Assembly: GCA_049840735.1 (NCBI GenBank)
Contig: JASGJN010000021.1
Coordinates: forward strand, 96,001-160,000
Source of the DNA: Anaeromyxobacter sp.
GTDB taxonomy: Bacteria > Myxococcota > Myxococcia > Myxococcales > Anaeromyxobacteraceae
Direction: 5' to 3'
DNA length: 64,000 nt
Shown: piece after piece, positions 1 through 16,344 of the stretch
How positions within the stretch are numbered: the stretch's first letter is position 1
Layout of the letters: each line of letters opens with the position of its first letter
Translations under genes and position numbers: made by a program
The notes under the pieces: generated by a model
The model's database searches: none
Told to the model about the DNA's origin: nothing
The model's input: only the letters and a program-made list of their open reading frames with translations

Positions 1-1
1 C

Positions 2-493
2 CTGAACGCCATCGAGGAGGCCGAGGCGTATCAGGTGCTCCTGACCGATCACTCGCTCACGCAGGAGGAGGTCGCGGTCCGCGTCGGCAAGGAGCGCTCC
101 ACCGTCGCCAACGCGCTCCGGCTGCTCAAGCTCCCCGAGGACGTCCGGGACCACGTCCGGGACGGAGAGCTCGACATGGGCCACGCCCGGGCCCTCCTTG
201 CTCTTGAGGGTGCGGAGACCATTCGCAGGTTGGCGCAGCGCGTCATGAAAGAGGGGCTCTCCGTCAGGGCCACCGAGGCCCTCGTTCGGGCGTCGAGCGG
301 CAAGCCCGCCAAGAAAGCCCAGTCGTCTCAGGCATCTGACTCGCCCGCGCTCCGCGACCTGACCAACCGCCTGCAGCGCAGGCTGGGTACCAAGTGCAGG
401 GTCGTCCCCAAGTCCGCCGTCGCCGGACGGCTCGAGCTTGAGTACCTCTCTCTCGACGAGCTGGACGGAATACTCGCCAAGATCGGCGCGTAA
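2..493 (+). CDS. parB: ParB chromosome partitioning protein (5' truncated by window edge)
   Basis: LNAIEEAEAY, HTH TQEEVAVRVGKERSTVANALRLLKLP, GHARALL, LSVRATE. Confidence 0.95.
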   Translation: MNAIEEAEAYQVLLTDHSLTQEEVAVRVGKERSTVANALRLLKLPEDVRDHVRDGELDMGHARALLALEGAETIRRLAQRVMKEGLSVRATEALVRASSGKPAKKAQSSQASDSPALRDLTNRLQRRLGTKCRVVPKSAVAGRLELEYLSLDELDGILAKIGA

Positions 494-541
494 CTATAGG
501 GTCCGTTTTCGCGATGAGTGAGAACGGCCCAGCGAGGACGG

Positions 542-1084
542 ATGTCCTTCTGGAGCAAGCTGCGGGATGAGGCGACGTCGCCGGCTGCCGGTGCGATCGC
601 ACCAGCAGCGCCCACGCCCACGAGGCCCAAGTACGAGGAGTCGAGAAACATGGCCATGCTGAAGCGCGAAGAACTGACCTCCGTCCCCACGGCGACGGGC
701 GACCTGAACGCCCTCCTCGGCCGCGGTTCGGAGTTCGAAGGCAAGCTGACCTTCGAGGGAACGGTCCGCATCGACGGGAAGTTCACCGGCACCATCGTCA
801 CCAACGACGTCCTGGTCGTCGGTGAGGGCGCCAAGATCTCCGCCGAGATCACCTGCGGGACGATCATCGTCCACGGTGAGATCACCGGGAACGTCCGCGC
901 CAAGAACGCGGTCGAGCTGCACCACCCGGCCAAGATGCGCGGCAACCTGGAGACCCCGTCCCTGATGATCGAGAAGGGCGTGGTGTTCGAGGGGCAGTGC
1001 AAGATGGACGGCATCAGCGCCGACAAGGGCGGCGCCAAGAAGGACCAGCCGGCCGTCGCGCCGGTGGCCGCCGTCAAGGCGTAG
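542..1084 (+). CDS. bacM: Bactofilin, BacM-like; alternative in-frame start at 650
   Basis: LLGRGSEFEGKLTFEGTVRIDGKF...GVVFEGQCKM bactofilin domain; directly downstream of parB as in Myxococcus. Confidence 0.85.
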   Translation: MSFWSKLRDEATSPAAGAIAPAAPTPTRPKYEESRNMAMLKREELTSVPTATGDLNALLGRGSEFEGKLTFEGTVRIDGKFTGTIVTNDVLVVGEGAKISAEITCGTIIVHGEITGNVRAKNAVELHHPAKMRGNLETPSLMIEKGVVFEGQCKMDGISADKGGAKKDQPAVAPVAAVKA

Positions 1085-1117
1085 CGCCCAAGGCGCTGCA
1101 GCACCGGCCGTCCAACC

Positions 1118-1142
1118 CCGCCCTTCGACAGGCTCGGGGCGG
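1118..1142. repeat. Minimal copy of the TTCGAC/GCTCA palindromic repeat family
   Basis: CCGCCCTTCGACAGGCTCGGGGCGG. Confidence 0.7.
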
Positions 1143-1153
1143 ACGGCCCGAAG

Positions 1154-1196
1154 GGAAGAGCGGGCCCCGTTCGACGGGCGCCCGCTCTTTCCATTT
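1154..1196 (+). terminator. Probable intrinsic terminator after bactofilin
   Basis: GGAAGAGCGGGC...GCCCGCTCTTTCC hairpin followed by ATTT. Confidence 0.5.
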
Positions 1197-1537
1197 CGGG
1201 GTGCCTTCGCACCGCGCGCGGCTGGAATCGGCAACTGCCTTCCGCGGGGCTACGGCCCGGAGGTGAGCGGCGCACGCGCCCAGCAGCACCGCCACGCGAC
1301 TCGAACCGGCGGATCCCTCCGCGGAATCGCATAGGTATTGCCGCGACTTACCCGCACCCCTGGGAGGGCCCTGGGCCGGCCCGGCCGGCGCGCCACTCGA
1401 CGGACGCCAAAATGGGCGCCCCGCCGGTGTTCGCCTTCAACTCCCAAGAGGGCTGTAAGCGCCCCGTAAGTCTATGATGTGACACGGCGTGAGGTCTTGA
1501 CCGCGCACCCCTGCGGTGTTACCCAACCCGTCCCAAT

Positions 1538-2077
1538 ATGGTTTCCGGCTCTATCCCCAGGCGCTACGCCAAGGCGCTGTTCAGCCTCGCTGTGGAGACC
1601 AATCGCGTGGAGGCCTGGAGCGAGTCGCTCCAGGTTCTCGCGGAGCTGGTCCAGGGCTCCGCCGACCTCCGCGACGTTCTGTCCAACCCGGTCTACTCGA
1701 AGGAGCAGCGCCGGGCGATCGTCGAGCGCCTGGTCGCCGCCCTGAAGCTCGACCCCGAGCCGGCCAACCTGCTCTTCCTGATGGCCGACCGGAACCGCCT
1801 GGAGCTGCTCGACCAGGTCGTCCTCACCTTCCGCACCCTCGCCGACGCGCAGCTCGGCCGGGTCCGCGCCAAGGTGACCAGCGCCGTCCCGCTCGAGCAG
1901 TCCTCGCTCGACGCCATCGCGGCCCAGCTCTCTCGCGCCACATCGTCCAAGGTGTTGCTCGACCGCGCGGTCGACCCCGCCCTGCTCGGCGGCGTCGTGA
2001 CCCAGGTCGGCAGCCTCGTCTTCGACGGCTCCATCCGGACCCAGCTCGAGGAGCTCCGGAAGAGCCTCAAGCAGTAA
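1538..2077 (+). CDS. atpH: ATP synthase F1 delta subunit
   Basis: RRYAKALF, VDPALLGGVV...DGSIRTQL; first gene of F1 operon. Confidence 0.95.
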   Translation: MVSGSIPRRYAKALFSLAVETNRVEAWSESLQVLAELVQGSADLRDVLSNPVYSKEQRRAIVERLVAALKLDPEPANLLFLMADRNRLELLDQVVLTFRTLADAQLGRVRAKVTSAVPLEQSSLDAIAAQLSRATSSKVLLDRAVDPALLGGVVTQVGSLVFDGSIRTQLEELRKSLKQ

Positions 2078-2122
2078 CCGTCCTCGCCCTTCTCACCGCC
2101 GCCCCGCACCCGGAGAGCATCG

Positions 2123-3649
<1,527 letters not shown>

Positions 3650-3673
3650 GGCCCCGGACCGGAGCGGACCAAA

Positions 3674-6047
<2,374 letters not shown>

Positions 6048-6050
6048 CCC

Positions 6051-6449
6051 ATGCCGCTCACGCTCGACATCGTCACCCCCGAGAAGCGCGTGCTCTCCGT
6101 GAGCGCGGACGAGGTCCGCGCGCCCGGCGAGCTGGGCGGCTTCGGGATCCGGCTCGACCACGAGCCGTTCATGAGCGCGCTCGCGCCCGGCAGGCTCACC
6201 TACGTCGAGGGCGGCCGCGAGCACCACTACGCCATCGGCGGCGGCTTCCTGCAGGTGGCCGACAACCGCGTCATCGTCCTGGCCGACACCGCCGAGGCCG
6301 CCGGCGACATCGACGTCGAGCGCGCCAAGCGCGCCTTCAGCGACGCGCAGAACCAGCTCATGAAGCTGACCGAGCAGGACGAGCACTACCAGGCCGAGGC
6401 CGCCCGGGTGCGGCGCGCCACGGCGCGGCTCACGGTGGCGGGGCGCTAG
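6051..6449 (+). CDS. atpC: ATP synthase F1 epsilon subunit
   Basis: LDIVTPEK, GGFLQV, C-terminal helical hairpin. Confidence 0.95.
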   Translation: MPLTLDIVTPEKRVLSVSADEVRAPGELGGFGIRLDHEPFMSALAPGRLTYVEGGREHHYAIGGGFLQVADNRVIVLADTAEAAGDIDVERAKRAFSDAQNQLMKLTEQDEHYQAEAARVRRATARLTVAGR

Positions 6450-6534
6450 GAGCGTCGTCGCTCGCTGGAGTGCGCTAAGGGCCGGCGCCTGCCGGCTCTT
6501 TGCGCTTCAGCGGTCGGCGAGGGGCCGGCGTCGT

Positions 6535-6617
6535 GCCCGCCCTTCGCCAGGCTCGGGGCGAGCGGAAGGGCGCCGCTGGCCTTCGACGCCGCGCCGCTGC
6601 GCTCAGGTCGAACGGGG
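6535..6617. repeat. Two degenerate TTCGAC/GCTCA family copies between convergent genes
   Basis: CCCTTCGCCAGGCTCGGGG and GGCCTTCGACGCC...GCTCAGGTCGAACGG. Confidence 0.7.
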
Positions 6618-6648
6618 TGTGACGGTGAGTGCGGCGCCGTGGCGAGCG

Positions 6649-7938
<1,290 letters not shown>

Positions 7939-8259
7939 AGGTCGGCTGCGCTTGGCGAGGGGTCCCTTAGACTGGGCGTGTCGCGACCCGGTGCAGCGCT
8001 GACCGCCTCGCCTGCGAGGGCCTGCGCGGGAGCGCTCACATGTGCGAGGGACGCCGTGCGCGGTGCGCCGTGAGCCGATGTGAAGGCGCCGGAAACGCCG
8101 CCGGGAAGGGCCCGGGCACGCCTTCCGTCGCGGGCTCCGGGCGAGCTCCCGCCGGACGACTAAACGCCTTGAAACGTAAAGGGAAATCGGCTAGAAATGC
8201 ACCTCCCCGCGCGCGCCCTGCTGACCCCGTCGGGCGCCCTGCAACCGAGCGAGCCAGCG

Positions 8260-10950
8260 ATGCCCGAAGAGACCCTGCCGCCGCCGCCGCCCGACGCGTC
8301 TGCACCGCCGCCCGGCGGGTCCGGAGACGGTCACCGCGCGCAGGTGAACATCGAGCACGAGATGCGCGAGTCGTACCTCGCCTACTCGATGTCGGTGATC
8401 GTCGGCCGCGCGCTCCCCGACGTGCGCGACGGCCTCAAGCCCGTGCACCGGCGCGTGCTGTACGCGATGCACACCGAGGGGCTGCAGCACAACAAGCGCT
8501 ACTCCAAGTGCGCCGGCGTCGTGGGCGAGGTGCTGAAGAAGTACCACCCGCACGGCGACGCGTCCGTCTACGACGCGCTGGTGCGCCTGGCGCAGGACTG
8601 GAACCTCCGCTACCCGCTCATCGACGGGCAGGGCAACTTCGGCTCCGTGGACGGCGATCCCGCCGCCGCCTACCGGTACACCGAGTGCCGGATGGACCGC
8701 CTCTCGGACTACCTGCTGGCGGACATCGACAAGGAGACCGTCGACTGGGCGCCGAACTTCGACGACTCGACGCTCGAGCCGAAGGTCCTGCCCACCCGCT
8801 TCCCCAACCTGCTCGTCAACGGCTCCGCCGGCATCGCCGTCGGCATGGCCACCAACATCCCGCCCCACAACATGGGCGAGGTGCTCGACGCCGTCGTCCA
8901 CCTGATCGAGAACCCGAAGGCCACGGTGATCGATCTGATGCGGATCATCCCCGGCCCCGACTTCCCCACCGCCGGCATGATCCTGGGGCGGGACGGCATC
9001 CGCTCCGCCTACGAGAAGGGGCGCGGCACCATCCAGGTCCGCGCCCGCGCGTCGATCGAGGTGCACCCCAAGACCGAGCGCGAGTCGATCGTCGTCACCG
9101 AGATCCCGTACCAGGTCAACAAGGCCAAGCTGGTCGAGCACATCGCCGACCTGGTGCGCGAGAAGCGGCTGGAGGGGATCAGCGACCTGCGCGACGAGTC
9201 GAGCCGCGAGGGCATGCGCATCGTCATCGAGCTGAAGCGCGATGCGATGGCGCAGGTGGTGCTGAACAACCTGTACGCCCACACGCAGATGCAGACCGGC
9301 TTCGGCGTGATCCTGCTGGCCATCGACGGCGGGCAGCCGCGCATCCTGACGCTCAAGGAGATGCTGGAGCGGTTCATCGCCCACCGGCGCGACGTCGTCA
9401 CCCGGCGCACCCGCTACGAGCTGCGCAAGGCCCGCGAGCGCGAGCACATCCTGCTCGGCTACCAGATCGCGCTCGACCACATCGACGAGATCATCGAGCT
9501 CATCAAGAAGGCGCCCGACCGCGACACCGCGCGGGACGGCCTGATGACGCGGTTCGGGCTCTCCGAGCTCCAGGCCAAGGCGATCCTGGAGATGCAGCTC
9601 CAGCGCCTCACCGGCCTGGAGCGCCAGCGCATCCTAGACGAGCTGGCCCAGGTGCAGCGCGACATCGCGCGGCTCAAGGAGATCCTGGGGTCGGAGAAGG
9701 TGATGATGGACCTCATCGTCACCGAGCTCCGCGAGATCAAGGAGCTGTTCGGCGACGAGCGGCGCACCGAGATCGTCGGCGCCGCCGAGGACCTCTCCAC
9801 CGAGGACCTGATCGCCGAGGAGGAGATGGTCGTCACCGTCTCCCACGCCGGCTACGTGAAGCGGAGCCCCGTCTCGCAGTACCGCGCCCAGAAGCGCGGC
9901 GGCCGCGGCAAGACCGGCGCCGCCACCCGCGACGAGGACTTCCTGGAGGCGCTCTACGTCGCCTCCACCCACAGCTACCTGCTGGTCTTCTCCAACAAGG
10001 GGAAGGTCTACTGGCTGAAGGTGCACGCCATCCCGCCGGCCGGGCGCTCCGCGCGCGGCAAGCCCATCGTCAACCTGGTGCAGCTGGCGCAGGGCGAGAA
10101 GGTGGCGGCGTACCTGCCCGTCCGCCGGCTGCCCGATCCGCCCAGCGCCGGGGACGACGCCGCCGAGGCGCCCGAGGTGGCGCCGGCCGAGGGCGAGGCC
10201 GAGGTCAAGGGGGCGGAGGTCATGCCCTTCGTCTTCATGGCCACCCGCAACGGCATCATCAAGAAGACGCGGCTGGACCAGTTCGCCCGGCCGCGCGCCG
10301 CCGGCATCATCGCCCTGGGCATCGACGACGACGACGAGCTGATCGGCGCGCAGCTGATGGAGCCGGGCAGCCACGCGCTGCTCTCCACCGCGCAGGGCAT
10401 GGCCATCCGCTTCGAGGAGGCGGACGTCCGGCCCATGGGGCGCAGCGCCTACGGCGTGAAGGGCATCACCCTCGAGCGCGGCGACGCCGTGGTCGCCGCC
10501 GAGGCCATCCCGGCCGCACCACCCGAGGGCTCGCCCGCGCCCACCGTGCTGACCGTCACCGCCAACGGCTACGGCAAGCGGACCGAGCTCTCCGAGTACC
10601 GCGTGCAGAGCCGCGGCGGGAAGGGGCTCATCACCATCAAGACCACGGAGCGCAACGGGCCGGTGGTCTCGGCGGTGCTGGTCTCCGACGCCGAGGAGGT
10701 GATGCTGATCACCAACCGCGGCATGCTCATCCGCATGCCGGCGCGCGGCATCAGCGTCATCGGCCGCAACACGCAGGGCGTCCGGCTCATCACCGTCGAG
10801 TCGCGCGAGGAGCAGGTGGCCGGCGTGGCCCGCGTGGCGGAGACCACACCCGAGGCCGACGCGGCCGGTGTTCGCGAGGAGCCGGAGGGCGAGGCGCCGG
10901 TGGAGGCTGCGCCGGAGGACGAGGAGGGGGAGGGCGGGGCCGAGACGTGA
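8260..10950 (+). CDS. gyrA: DNA gyrase subunit A
   Basis: YHPHGD, catalytic AAYRYTE, GyrA-box QKRGGRG, beta-pinwheel repeats, acidic tail. Confidence 0.98.
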   Translation: MPEETLPPPPPDASAPPPGGSGDGHRAQVNIEHEMRESYLAYSMSVIVGRALPDVRDGLKPVHRRVLYAMHTEGLQHNKRYSKCAGVVGEVLKKYHPHGDASVYDALVRLAQDWNLRYPLIDGQGNFGSVDGDPAAAYRYTECRMDRLSDYLLADIDKETVDWAPNFDDSTLEPKVLPTRFPNLLVNGSAGIAVGMATNIPPHNMGEVLDAVVHLIENPKATVIDLMRIIPGPDFPTAGMILGRDGIRSAYEKGRGTIQVRARASIEVHPKTERESIVVTEIPYQVNKAKLVEHIADLVREKRLEGISDLRDESSREGMRIVIELKRDAMAQVVLNNLYAHTQMQTGFGVILLAIDGGQPRILTLKEMLERFIAHRRDVVTRRTRYELRKAREREHILLGYQIALDHIDEIIELIKKAPDRDTARDGLMTRFGLSELQAKAILEMQLQRLTGLERQRILDELAQVQRDIARLKEILGSEKVMMDLIVTELREIKELFGDERRTEIVGAAEDLSTEDLIAEEEMVVTVSHAGYVKRSPVSQYRAQKRGGRGKTGAATRDEDFLEALYVASTHSYLLVFSNKGKVYWLKVHAIPPAGRSARGKPIVNLVQLAQGEKVAAYLPVRRLPDPPSAGDDAAEAPEVAPAEGEAEVKGAEVMPFVFMATRNGIIKKTRLDQFARPRAAGIIALGIDDDDELIGAQLMEPGSHALLSTAQGMAIRFEEADVRPMGRSAYGVKGITLERGDAVVAAEAIPAAPPEGSPAPTVLTVTANGYGKRTELSEYRVQSRGGKGLITIKTTERNGPVVSAVLVSDAEEVMLITNRGMLIRMPARGISVIGRNTQGVRLITVESREEQVAGVARVAETTPEADAAGVREEPEGEAPVEAAPEDEEGEGGAET

Positions 10951-11945
10951 GGCTGCCCTTCGACTCCGCGCGCGCTCGCGCCCTGCCCTTCGACTCCGCC
11001 GCGGCTGTGCCGCGGCTACGCTCAGGGCGAACGGCCTCTCCAGGTCCGTTCTGGCTGAGCGTAGCGAGCCCGCCGGGCTCGCGGAGTCGAAGCCCAGGTG
11101 CCTGCCTGCTGCTCGCGCTCGCCTGCCTGCTCCTCGCCTGCACCTCGCAGGCGAGCCGCCTGGAGAAGGCCAACTCGCTCCGGCACGCCGGCGATCCGAA
11201 GGGCGCGCTGGAGGGCTACAAGGCCATCCTGGCCGACATGGGCGAGGCGCCGCTGCCGGACGACGAGGCGGCCATCCGCGCCAAGGCGCTCCGCTCCGCG
11301 GCCGACGTCAGCTACCTGGAGCTGGGCGACTACGCCAGCGCCGTCCTCTACTACCGCCGCCTGATCTCGCTCCGCCCCGGCACGCCGGAGGCGCGCGAGG
11401 CGCGGGCGGTGATCGGCGACATCTACCGGGAGCGGCTGCACGATCCGCTGGCCGCCATCGCGCAGTACGCCGAGGTGGCCGCCACCGACGCGCCCGAGGC
11501 CCCCCGCTTCCAGCTGGAGATGGCCAAGGCCTACCTCGACCTCAAGAACCTCGACCAGGCGCGCATCGAGGCCGGAATCCTGCGCACGCGCTGGCCCAGC
11601 GACCCGCTGGCCAACGAGGCCCAGCTGCTCATCGCGCAGGCCTGGTCGCTGGAGCGGCGGGACGGCGAGGCGCTGCGCGCCTACCAGGAGCTGATCGACC
11701 GCCGGCCGCCGCCGGAGATCCTGGCCCGCGCGCTGGAGGGCCAGGGCGGGATCCACGCCCAGGCCGGCCGCTTCGACCAGGCGCTGGAGGCCTACCGGCT
11801 GGCGCTGCCCATCCACCCCAACCCCGACGCCGTCCGCACCAACATCGCCGCCGTCACCGAGCGCCGCGCCAAGGCCGCGCCGCAGCAGGTGGGCGACCGG
11901 GCGGCCGCGTTCGACAACGGCGGCGGCGCCCACGTCGTGCCGTAG
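10947..11945 (+). CDS. TPR-repeat lipoprotein; repeat-derived N-terminal segment if the GTG at 10947 is used
   Basis: GTGA overlap with gyrA stop; lipobox LLLAC; helical TPR-like repeats (A..YRRLI...[12 protein letters not shown]). Confidence 0.75.
   Translation: MRLPFDSARARALPFDSAAAVPRLRSGRTASPGPFWLSVASPPGSRSRSPGACLLLALACLLLACTSQASRLEKANSLRHAGDPKGALEGYKAILADMGEAPLPDDEAAIRAKALRSAADVSYLELGDYASAVLYYRRLISLRPGTPEAREARAVIGDIYRERLHDPLAAIAQYAEVAATDAPEAPRFQLEMAKAYLDLKNLDQARIEAGILRTRWPSDPLANEAQLLIAQAWSLERRDGEALRAYQELIDRRPPPEILARALEGQGGIHAQAGRFDQALEAYRLALPIHPNPDAVRTNIAAVTERRAKAAPQQVGDRAAAFDNGGGAHVVP
10955..11094. repeat. Cluster of TTCGAC/GCTCA repeats: one partial copy plus an inverted pair
   Basis: GCCCTTCGACTCCG twice, CTACGCTCAGGGCGAACGG, then CTGAGCGTAG...GGAGTCGAAG. 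Confidence 0.9.
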
Positions 11946-11985
11946 CGCACCACCCGCCGCGCTGGCGCGGCGCCCGGAGAGCCAC

Positions 11986-13276
11986 ATGAAGACCGACCTG
12001 TCCGAGAAGCTGTTCGCCAAGGCCAAGGACCTCTTCCCCGGCGGCGTGAACAGCCCGGTCCGCGCCTTCAAGGGCGTGGGCGGCACGCCGCGCTTCATGG
12101 CGCGGGGGCGCGGCAGCCACCTCGTCGACGTGGACGGGAACGACTACGTCGACTACGTGCTCTCCTGGGGTCCGCTCATCGCCGGCCACTGCCACGCCGA
12201 GGTGATGCGCGAGGTGCAGGACGCCATGAAGGACGGCTCGTCCTTCGGCGCCCCCTCGCCGCGCGAGATCATCGATGGGCGAGCTGGTGCGGGAGCGCAT
12301 GCCGTGGATCGAGCGGATGCGCTTCTGCTCCTCCGGCACGGAGGCCACCACCGCCGCCATCCGCGTGGCCCGCGGGTTCACCGGCCGCGACGACCTGCTC
12401 AAGTTCGACGGCTGCTACCACGGCGCCGGCGATCCGCTGCTGGTGAAGGCCGGCTCCGGCGTGGAGACGCTGGGGCTGCCCGACTCGCCCGGCGTGCCGG
12501 CCGACGTGGCCCGCCACACGCTGACCCTGCCCTACAACGACCTCGAGGCGGCGAAGGCGCTCTTCGCCGAGCGCGGCGCCACGCTGGCGGCGGTGATCAT
12601 CGAGCCGGTGGTGGGCAACATGGGCGTGCTGGTGCCCAGGCCGGGCTACCTGCAGGGCCTGCTCGACCTCTGCCGCGCCCACGGCGCGCTGCTGATCGTG
12701 GACGAGGTGATGACCGGCTTCCGGCTGGGGAGCGGCGGCGCCTGCGGGCGCTACGGCCTCGCGCCCGACCTGGTCACCTTCGGCAAGGTGATCGGCGGCG
12801 GCCTGCCGGTGGGCGCGTTCGGCGGGCGTCCCGACGTGATGGACAGGGTGGCGCCGGCCGGCCCCATCTACCAGGCCGGCACGCTCTCCGGGAACCCGAT
12901 GGCCATGGCCGCCGGCCTGGCCACGCTGCGGCTCATGAAGCCGGAGTCGTACCAGCAGCTGGAGCAGCTGGGCGCGAAGCTGGCCGAGGGGCTGGCGGCG
13001 GAGGCCGCGGCCGCCAAGGTGCCGGTGCAGGTCAACCGGGTGGGCTCGATGCTGACGGTCTTCTTCTCCGACCAGCCCGTCTTCGACGCCGCCTCGGCGC
13101 GCCACGCCAGCAAGGAGCGCTTCGGCGCCTTCTTCCACACGCTGCTGGAGCATGGCGTCTACTTCCCGCCCTCGCAGTTCGAGGCCGCCTTCCTCTCCAC
13201 CGCGCACACCGCCGACGACCTCGAGCTGACGCTGCGCGCGGCGCGGGCGGGCTTCGCCGCGGCGGCGAAGGTCTAG
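11986..13276 (+). CDS. hemL: Glutamate-1-semialdehyde 2,1-aminomutase; apparent +1 frameshift near 12273
   Basis: [43 protein letters not shown]- and C-parts in different frames. Confidence 0.93.
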
Positions 13277-13283
13277 CCGCGCC

Positions 13284-14432
13284 GTGACCCCGCTCTTCGC
13301 CGATCGCTTCGCGTCCTTCGAGGGCGTGGCCTACCTCGACACGGCCAGCCAGGGCCCCATCCCGCTCTCCGCCTCGCGGGCCGGCAAGGACGCGCTGCGG
13401 CTCAAGGAGCAGCCCTGGCGCATCACCAGCGGCACCTACGTGGCGGCGGTCTCCGAGGCGCGGGCGCTGGCGGCGCGGCTGCTGGGCGCGCGCGAGGCCT
13501 CGGTGGCGCTGGTCACCGGCGCCGGCCAGGCCATCAACGCGGTGGCGCGCGGGCTGGAGTGGCGCGAGGGGGACGAGGTGGTGGTCCCCCGGGGCGAGTT
13601 CCCCTCCAACGACTACCCCTGGCGCTGGCTGCAGCGGCGCGGGATGCGGCTGCGGGTGGTGGAGGCCGATCACCCCAGCGGCGCGGTCTCGGCGGCGAGG
13701 CTGGCGGAGGCGGTCGGACCGCGCACGCGCGTGGTGGCCTTCGCGCACGTCTCGTACGTGCACGGCGGGCGGCTCGATCCGGCGCCGGTGGTCGAGGCCG
13801 CCCGGCGCGTGGGCGCGCTGACGGTGGTGGACGGCAGCCAGGCGGCCGGCGCGCTCCCCTTCGACTTCGTCGCCTCCGGCGTCGATGTCTACGCGGCGTC
13901 CGGCTACAAGTTCCTGCTCGGCCCCTACGGCACCGGCCTCGGCCTCTTCTCCGACGAGGCGCTGGAGCGGCTCGGGGTGGGGGACGTGAACTGGTGGGCG
14001 GTCCGCGGCTCGGAGGACTTCGCCCACCTCCCGGCCGAGGTGGACCTCAAGCCCGGCGCGGTCCGCTTCGACGCCCACGAGACCGCCGCCTTCTTCAACC
14101 TGCTCCCCTGGGCGGAGTCGCTCCGGCTCCTGCTGGAGGTGACCCCGGCGGTGATCCAGGCCCACGCCCGCGCGCTCTGCGACCGGATCCTGGCCCGCCT
14201 CCCGGACGGCTGGGAGCCCGCCTCGCCCCTCGAGCTGGACGCCCGCTCGCACCTGCTCTCGGTGCGCGCGCGCGCCCCGGGCGTGACCGATGCGACGTAC
14301 GAGGCGCTGCGGGAGGCGAAGGTCATCGCCAGCCTCAGGCGCGACCGGATCCGAGTGTCGCCGCACCTTTACACCGGCGCGTCGGACATCGACCGGTTCC
14401 TGGAGGCGCTGGCGGCCGAGACGCCCCGGTAG
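13284..14432 (+). CDS. Aminotransferase class V fold PLP enzyme
   Basis: [28 protein letters not shown] (PLP lysine), IRVSPHLY. Confidence 0.9.
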   Translation: MTPLFADRFASFEGVAYLDTASQGPIPLSASRAGKDALRLKEQPWRITSGTYVAAVSEARALAARLLGAREASVALVTGAGQAINAVARGLEWREGDEVVVPRGEFPSNDYPWRWLQRRGMRLRVVEADHPSGAVSAARLAEAVGPRTRVVAFAHVSYVHGGRLDPAPVVEAARRVGALTVVDGSQAAGALPFDFVASGVDVYAASGYKFLLGPYGTGLGLFSDEALERLGVGDVNWWAVRGSEDFAHLPAEVDLKPGAVRFDAHETAAFFNLLPWAESLRLLLEVTPAVIQAHARALCDRILARLPDGWEPASPLELDARSHLLSVRARAPGVTDATYEALREAKVIASLRRDRIRVSPHLYTGASDIDRFLEALAAETPR

Positions 14433-14458
14433 GTGCGCGGCGGGGCGCGCGTCCCGAA

Positions 14459-14487
14459 TTGACCTTTGCAAACCCGCCTGCTATACG
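14459..14487 (+). promoter_or_regulatory. Sigma70-type promoter of the F0 operon
   Basis: TTGACC-17 bp-TATACG with extended TG. Confidence 0.6.
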
Positions 14488-14558
14488 GCCATACCTTTCC
14501 AAGTATCCACAGCTCCGGGGTTTTTACGTGTTTGTCGCACCCCGGCAAGGAGGCGCGG

Positions 14559-14819
14559 TTGGCAGGGCCCAGCGGTCCGGAACAGGACCAGGACGACGGG
14601 CTCTCCGGCCTCGCACGCGGATACCGGAAGGCGGAGCCGTACCTGGGCGCGGCCTATTCCCTGGTCGGCTCGGTGGCGGGCTTCTCGTTGCTCGGTTACT
14701 GGCTGGACTCGCATCTCCATCACGAGACGCCGTGGTGCCTGCTGGGCGGTGCGCTGTTCGGGATGGTCGGCGGCTTCATCAGCTTCTTCCGCATCGTGTT
14801 GAGGATCCCCAGATCGTGA
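14559..14819 (+). CDS. AtpZ/AtpI-family (ATPase gene 1) membrane protein
   Basis: TTG start after AAGGAGG; GYWLD...PW..L.G..FG motif; two TM segments. Confidence 0.85.
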   Translation: MAGPSGPEQDQDDGLSGLARGYRKAEPYLGAAYSLVGSVAGFSLLGYWLDSHLHHETPWCLLGGALFGMVGGFISFFRIVLRIPRS

Positions 14820-15172
14820 AGCTCCCCATGGTCGCCGTCCTGCTCGCGCTCGGGTTCGTGGCGCTGGCGCTCGCCTCTGGTGAGCACCGCCTCGGGGCCG
14901 TGATCGGCGCGACCACGGCCGGGCTGACAGGGCTGGGATCGCTCTTCGCCATGACGCGCCTGGCCGGGCGCGGGGTGAACGGCGCGCTGCTGGTGGTGAC
15001 GCTCGGCTTCCTGCTGCGGATGGTGCTGGTGGCGATCGGCGCCGTCGTCGTGGCCCAGGCCGGCCTGAGCAAGGCCGGCTTCCTGATCGGCTTCTTCGTC
15101 CCCTTCTTCGCCCTCGTCGCGGTCGAGGCCGCGCACGTCCACTCCCTCCCCCGCAGAACGGGTACCCCATGA
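14816..15172 (+). CDS. ATP synthase I-like membrane protein
   Basis: GTGA overlap; four hydrophobic helices; FLLRMVL; directly upstream of atpB. Confidence 0.75.
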   Translation: MKLPMVAVLLALGFVALALASGEHRLGAVIGATTAGLTGLGSLFAMTRLAGRGVNGALLVVTLGFLLRMVLVAIGAVVVAQAGLSKAGFLIGFFVPFFALVAVEAAHVHSLPRRTGTP

Positions 15173-16281
15173 CCGCCCTGCCGCTCCTGCTCGCGCTGAG
15201 CCTCACCACCGCCCAGGTCGAGGGCGCCGCCCCGGAGGCGCCGGCCGAGGGCGCCGCGGCGGCGCACCAGGGCCACGCCGCCGAGGGTGGCCACGCGGCC
15301 GGCCACGGCGACGACATGGGCACCGTGATGATGCACCACGTGACGGACAGTCACGTGCTGGAGCTGCCCTGGCTGTGCGCCCGGGGCGAGGCCCAGGGGT
15401 ACTGCGAGATCGAGCTCGACCACGTGTTCGGCACGACGCGCGACGAGGCCACCGGCAAGGCCATCTCCGGCCCGCTGGTGGTGGGCGGGGTGGACCTGAC
15501 GCCCACCAAGCACGTCGTCATGCTGTGGCTGGGCTCGCTGATCCTGCTGGTGGTGGCGATCACGTCGGCGCGCAAGCGCAGCCTGGTGCCCCGCGGCGGC
15601 TACAACTTCGTCGAGGTGCTGGTCGCCTTCGTCCGCAACGAGATCGCGGTGAAGAACATCGGCCAGAAGGACGCCGACCGGTTCACGCCCTACCTGGTCA
15701 CGGCCTTCTTCTTCATCCTCTTCCTCAACCTGCTGGGCCTGGTGCCCTTCGCCGCCACCGCCACCGCCAACATCTCGGTGACGGTCATGCTGGCGCTCTT
15801 CACCTTCTTCATCACCCAGTACGCGGCCATCCGGTCCATGGGGCTGGGCGGCTTCCTCTCGCACCTGACCGGCGGCGTGCCCAGGTCGCTCTGGCCGCTC
15901 TGGTTCATCATGGTGCCGGTCGAGACCATGGGGCTCTTCACCAAGCCCTTCGCCCTGACGGTCCGCCTCTTCGCCAACATGGTGGCGGGCCACTTCGTGA
16001 TCCTGGCGCTGCTGGGGCTGATCTTCGTGATCTCGCCCTGGGTCTTCTTCGGCGCGGTCCCGATGGCGCTGGCCATCTTCCTGCTCGAGCTCTTCGTGGC
16101 CTTCGTGCAGGCCTACATCTTCACCATGCTCTCGTCGCTCTTCATCGGCGCCGGCCTCGTGCACCACGGGGACCACGGCGATCACGGTGGGCACGGCGAG
16201 GCGCACGCCGGTCCGGGCATGGGCTCGGAGCACGGCGCCCACGGTTCACACGTGGCCGGGACGTCCCCGGGCCATGGGTAG
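15169..16281 (+). CDS. atpB: ATP synthase F0 subunit a with N-terminal extension
   Basis: [41 protein letters not shown]. Confidence 0.97.
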   Translation: MTALPLLLALSLTTAQVEGAAPEAPAEGAAAAHQGHAAEGGHAAGHGDDMGTVMMHHVTDSHVLELPWLCARGEAQGYCEIELDHVFGTTRDEATGKAISGPLVVGGVDLTPTKHVVMLWLGSLILLVVAITSARKRSLVPRGGYNFVEVLVAFVRNEIAVKNIGQKDADRFTPYLVTAFFFILFLNLLGLVPFAATATANISVTVMLALFTFFITQYAAIRSMGLGGFLSHLTGGVPRSLWPLWFIMVPVETMGLFTKPFALTVRLFANMVAGHFVILALLGLIFVISPWVFFGAVPMALAIFLLELFVAFVQAYIFTMLSSLFIGAGLVHHGDHGDHGGHGEAHAGPGMGSEHGAHGSHVAGTSPGHG

Positions 16282-16344
16282 TCGAGCGCAGCACGCGCCC
16301 CGGGACGGCGGCCCGGCACATCCGCCAACACCAGGAGAAGCACC

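Noticed and set aside
1..1537. parS sites near parB
   Set aside because: No GTTCCACGTGGAAC-like palindrome found by eye.
8027..8044. GGGAGCGCTCACAT as a LacI-type operator upstream of gyrA
   Set aside because: Only partly symmetric with no supporting context; could be chance.
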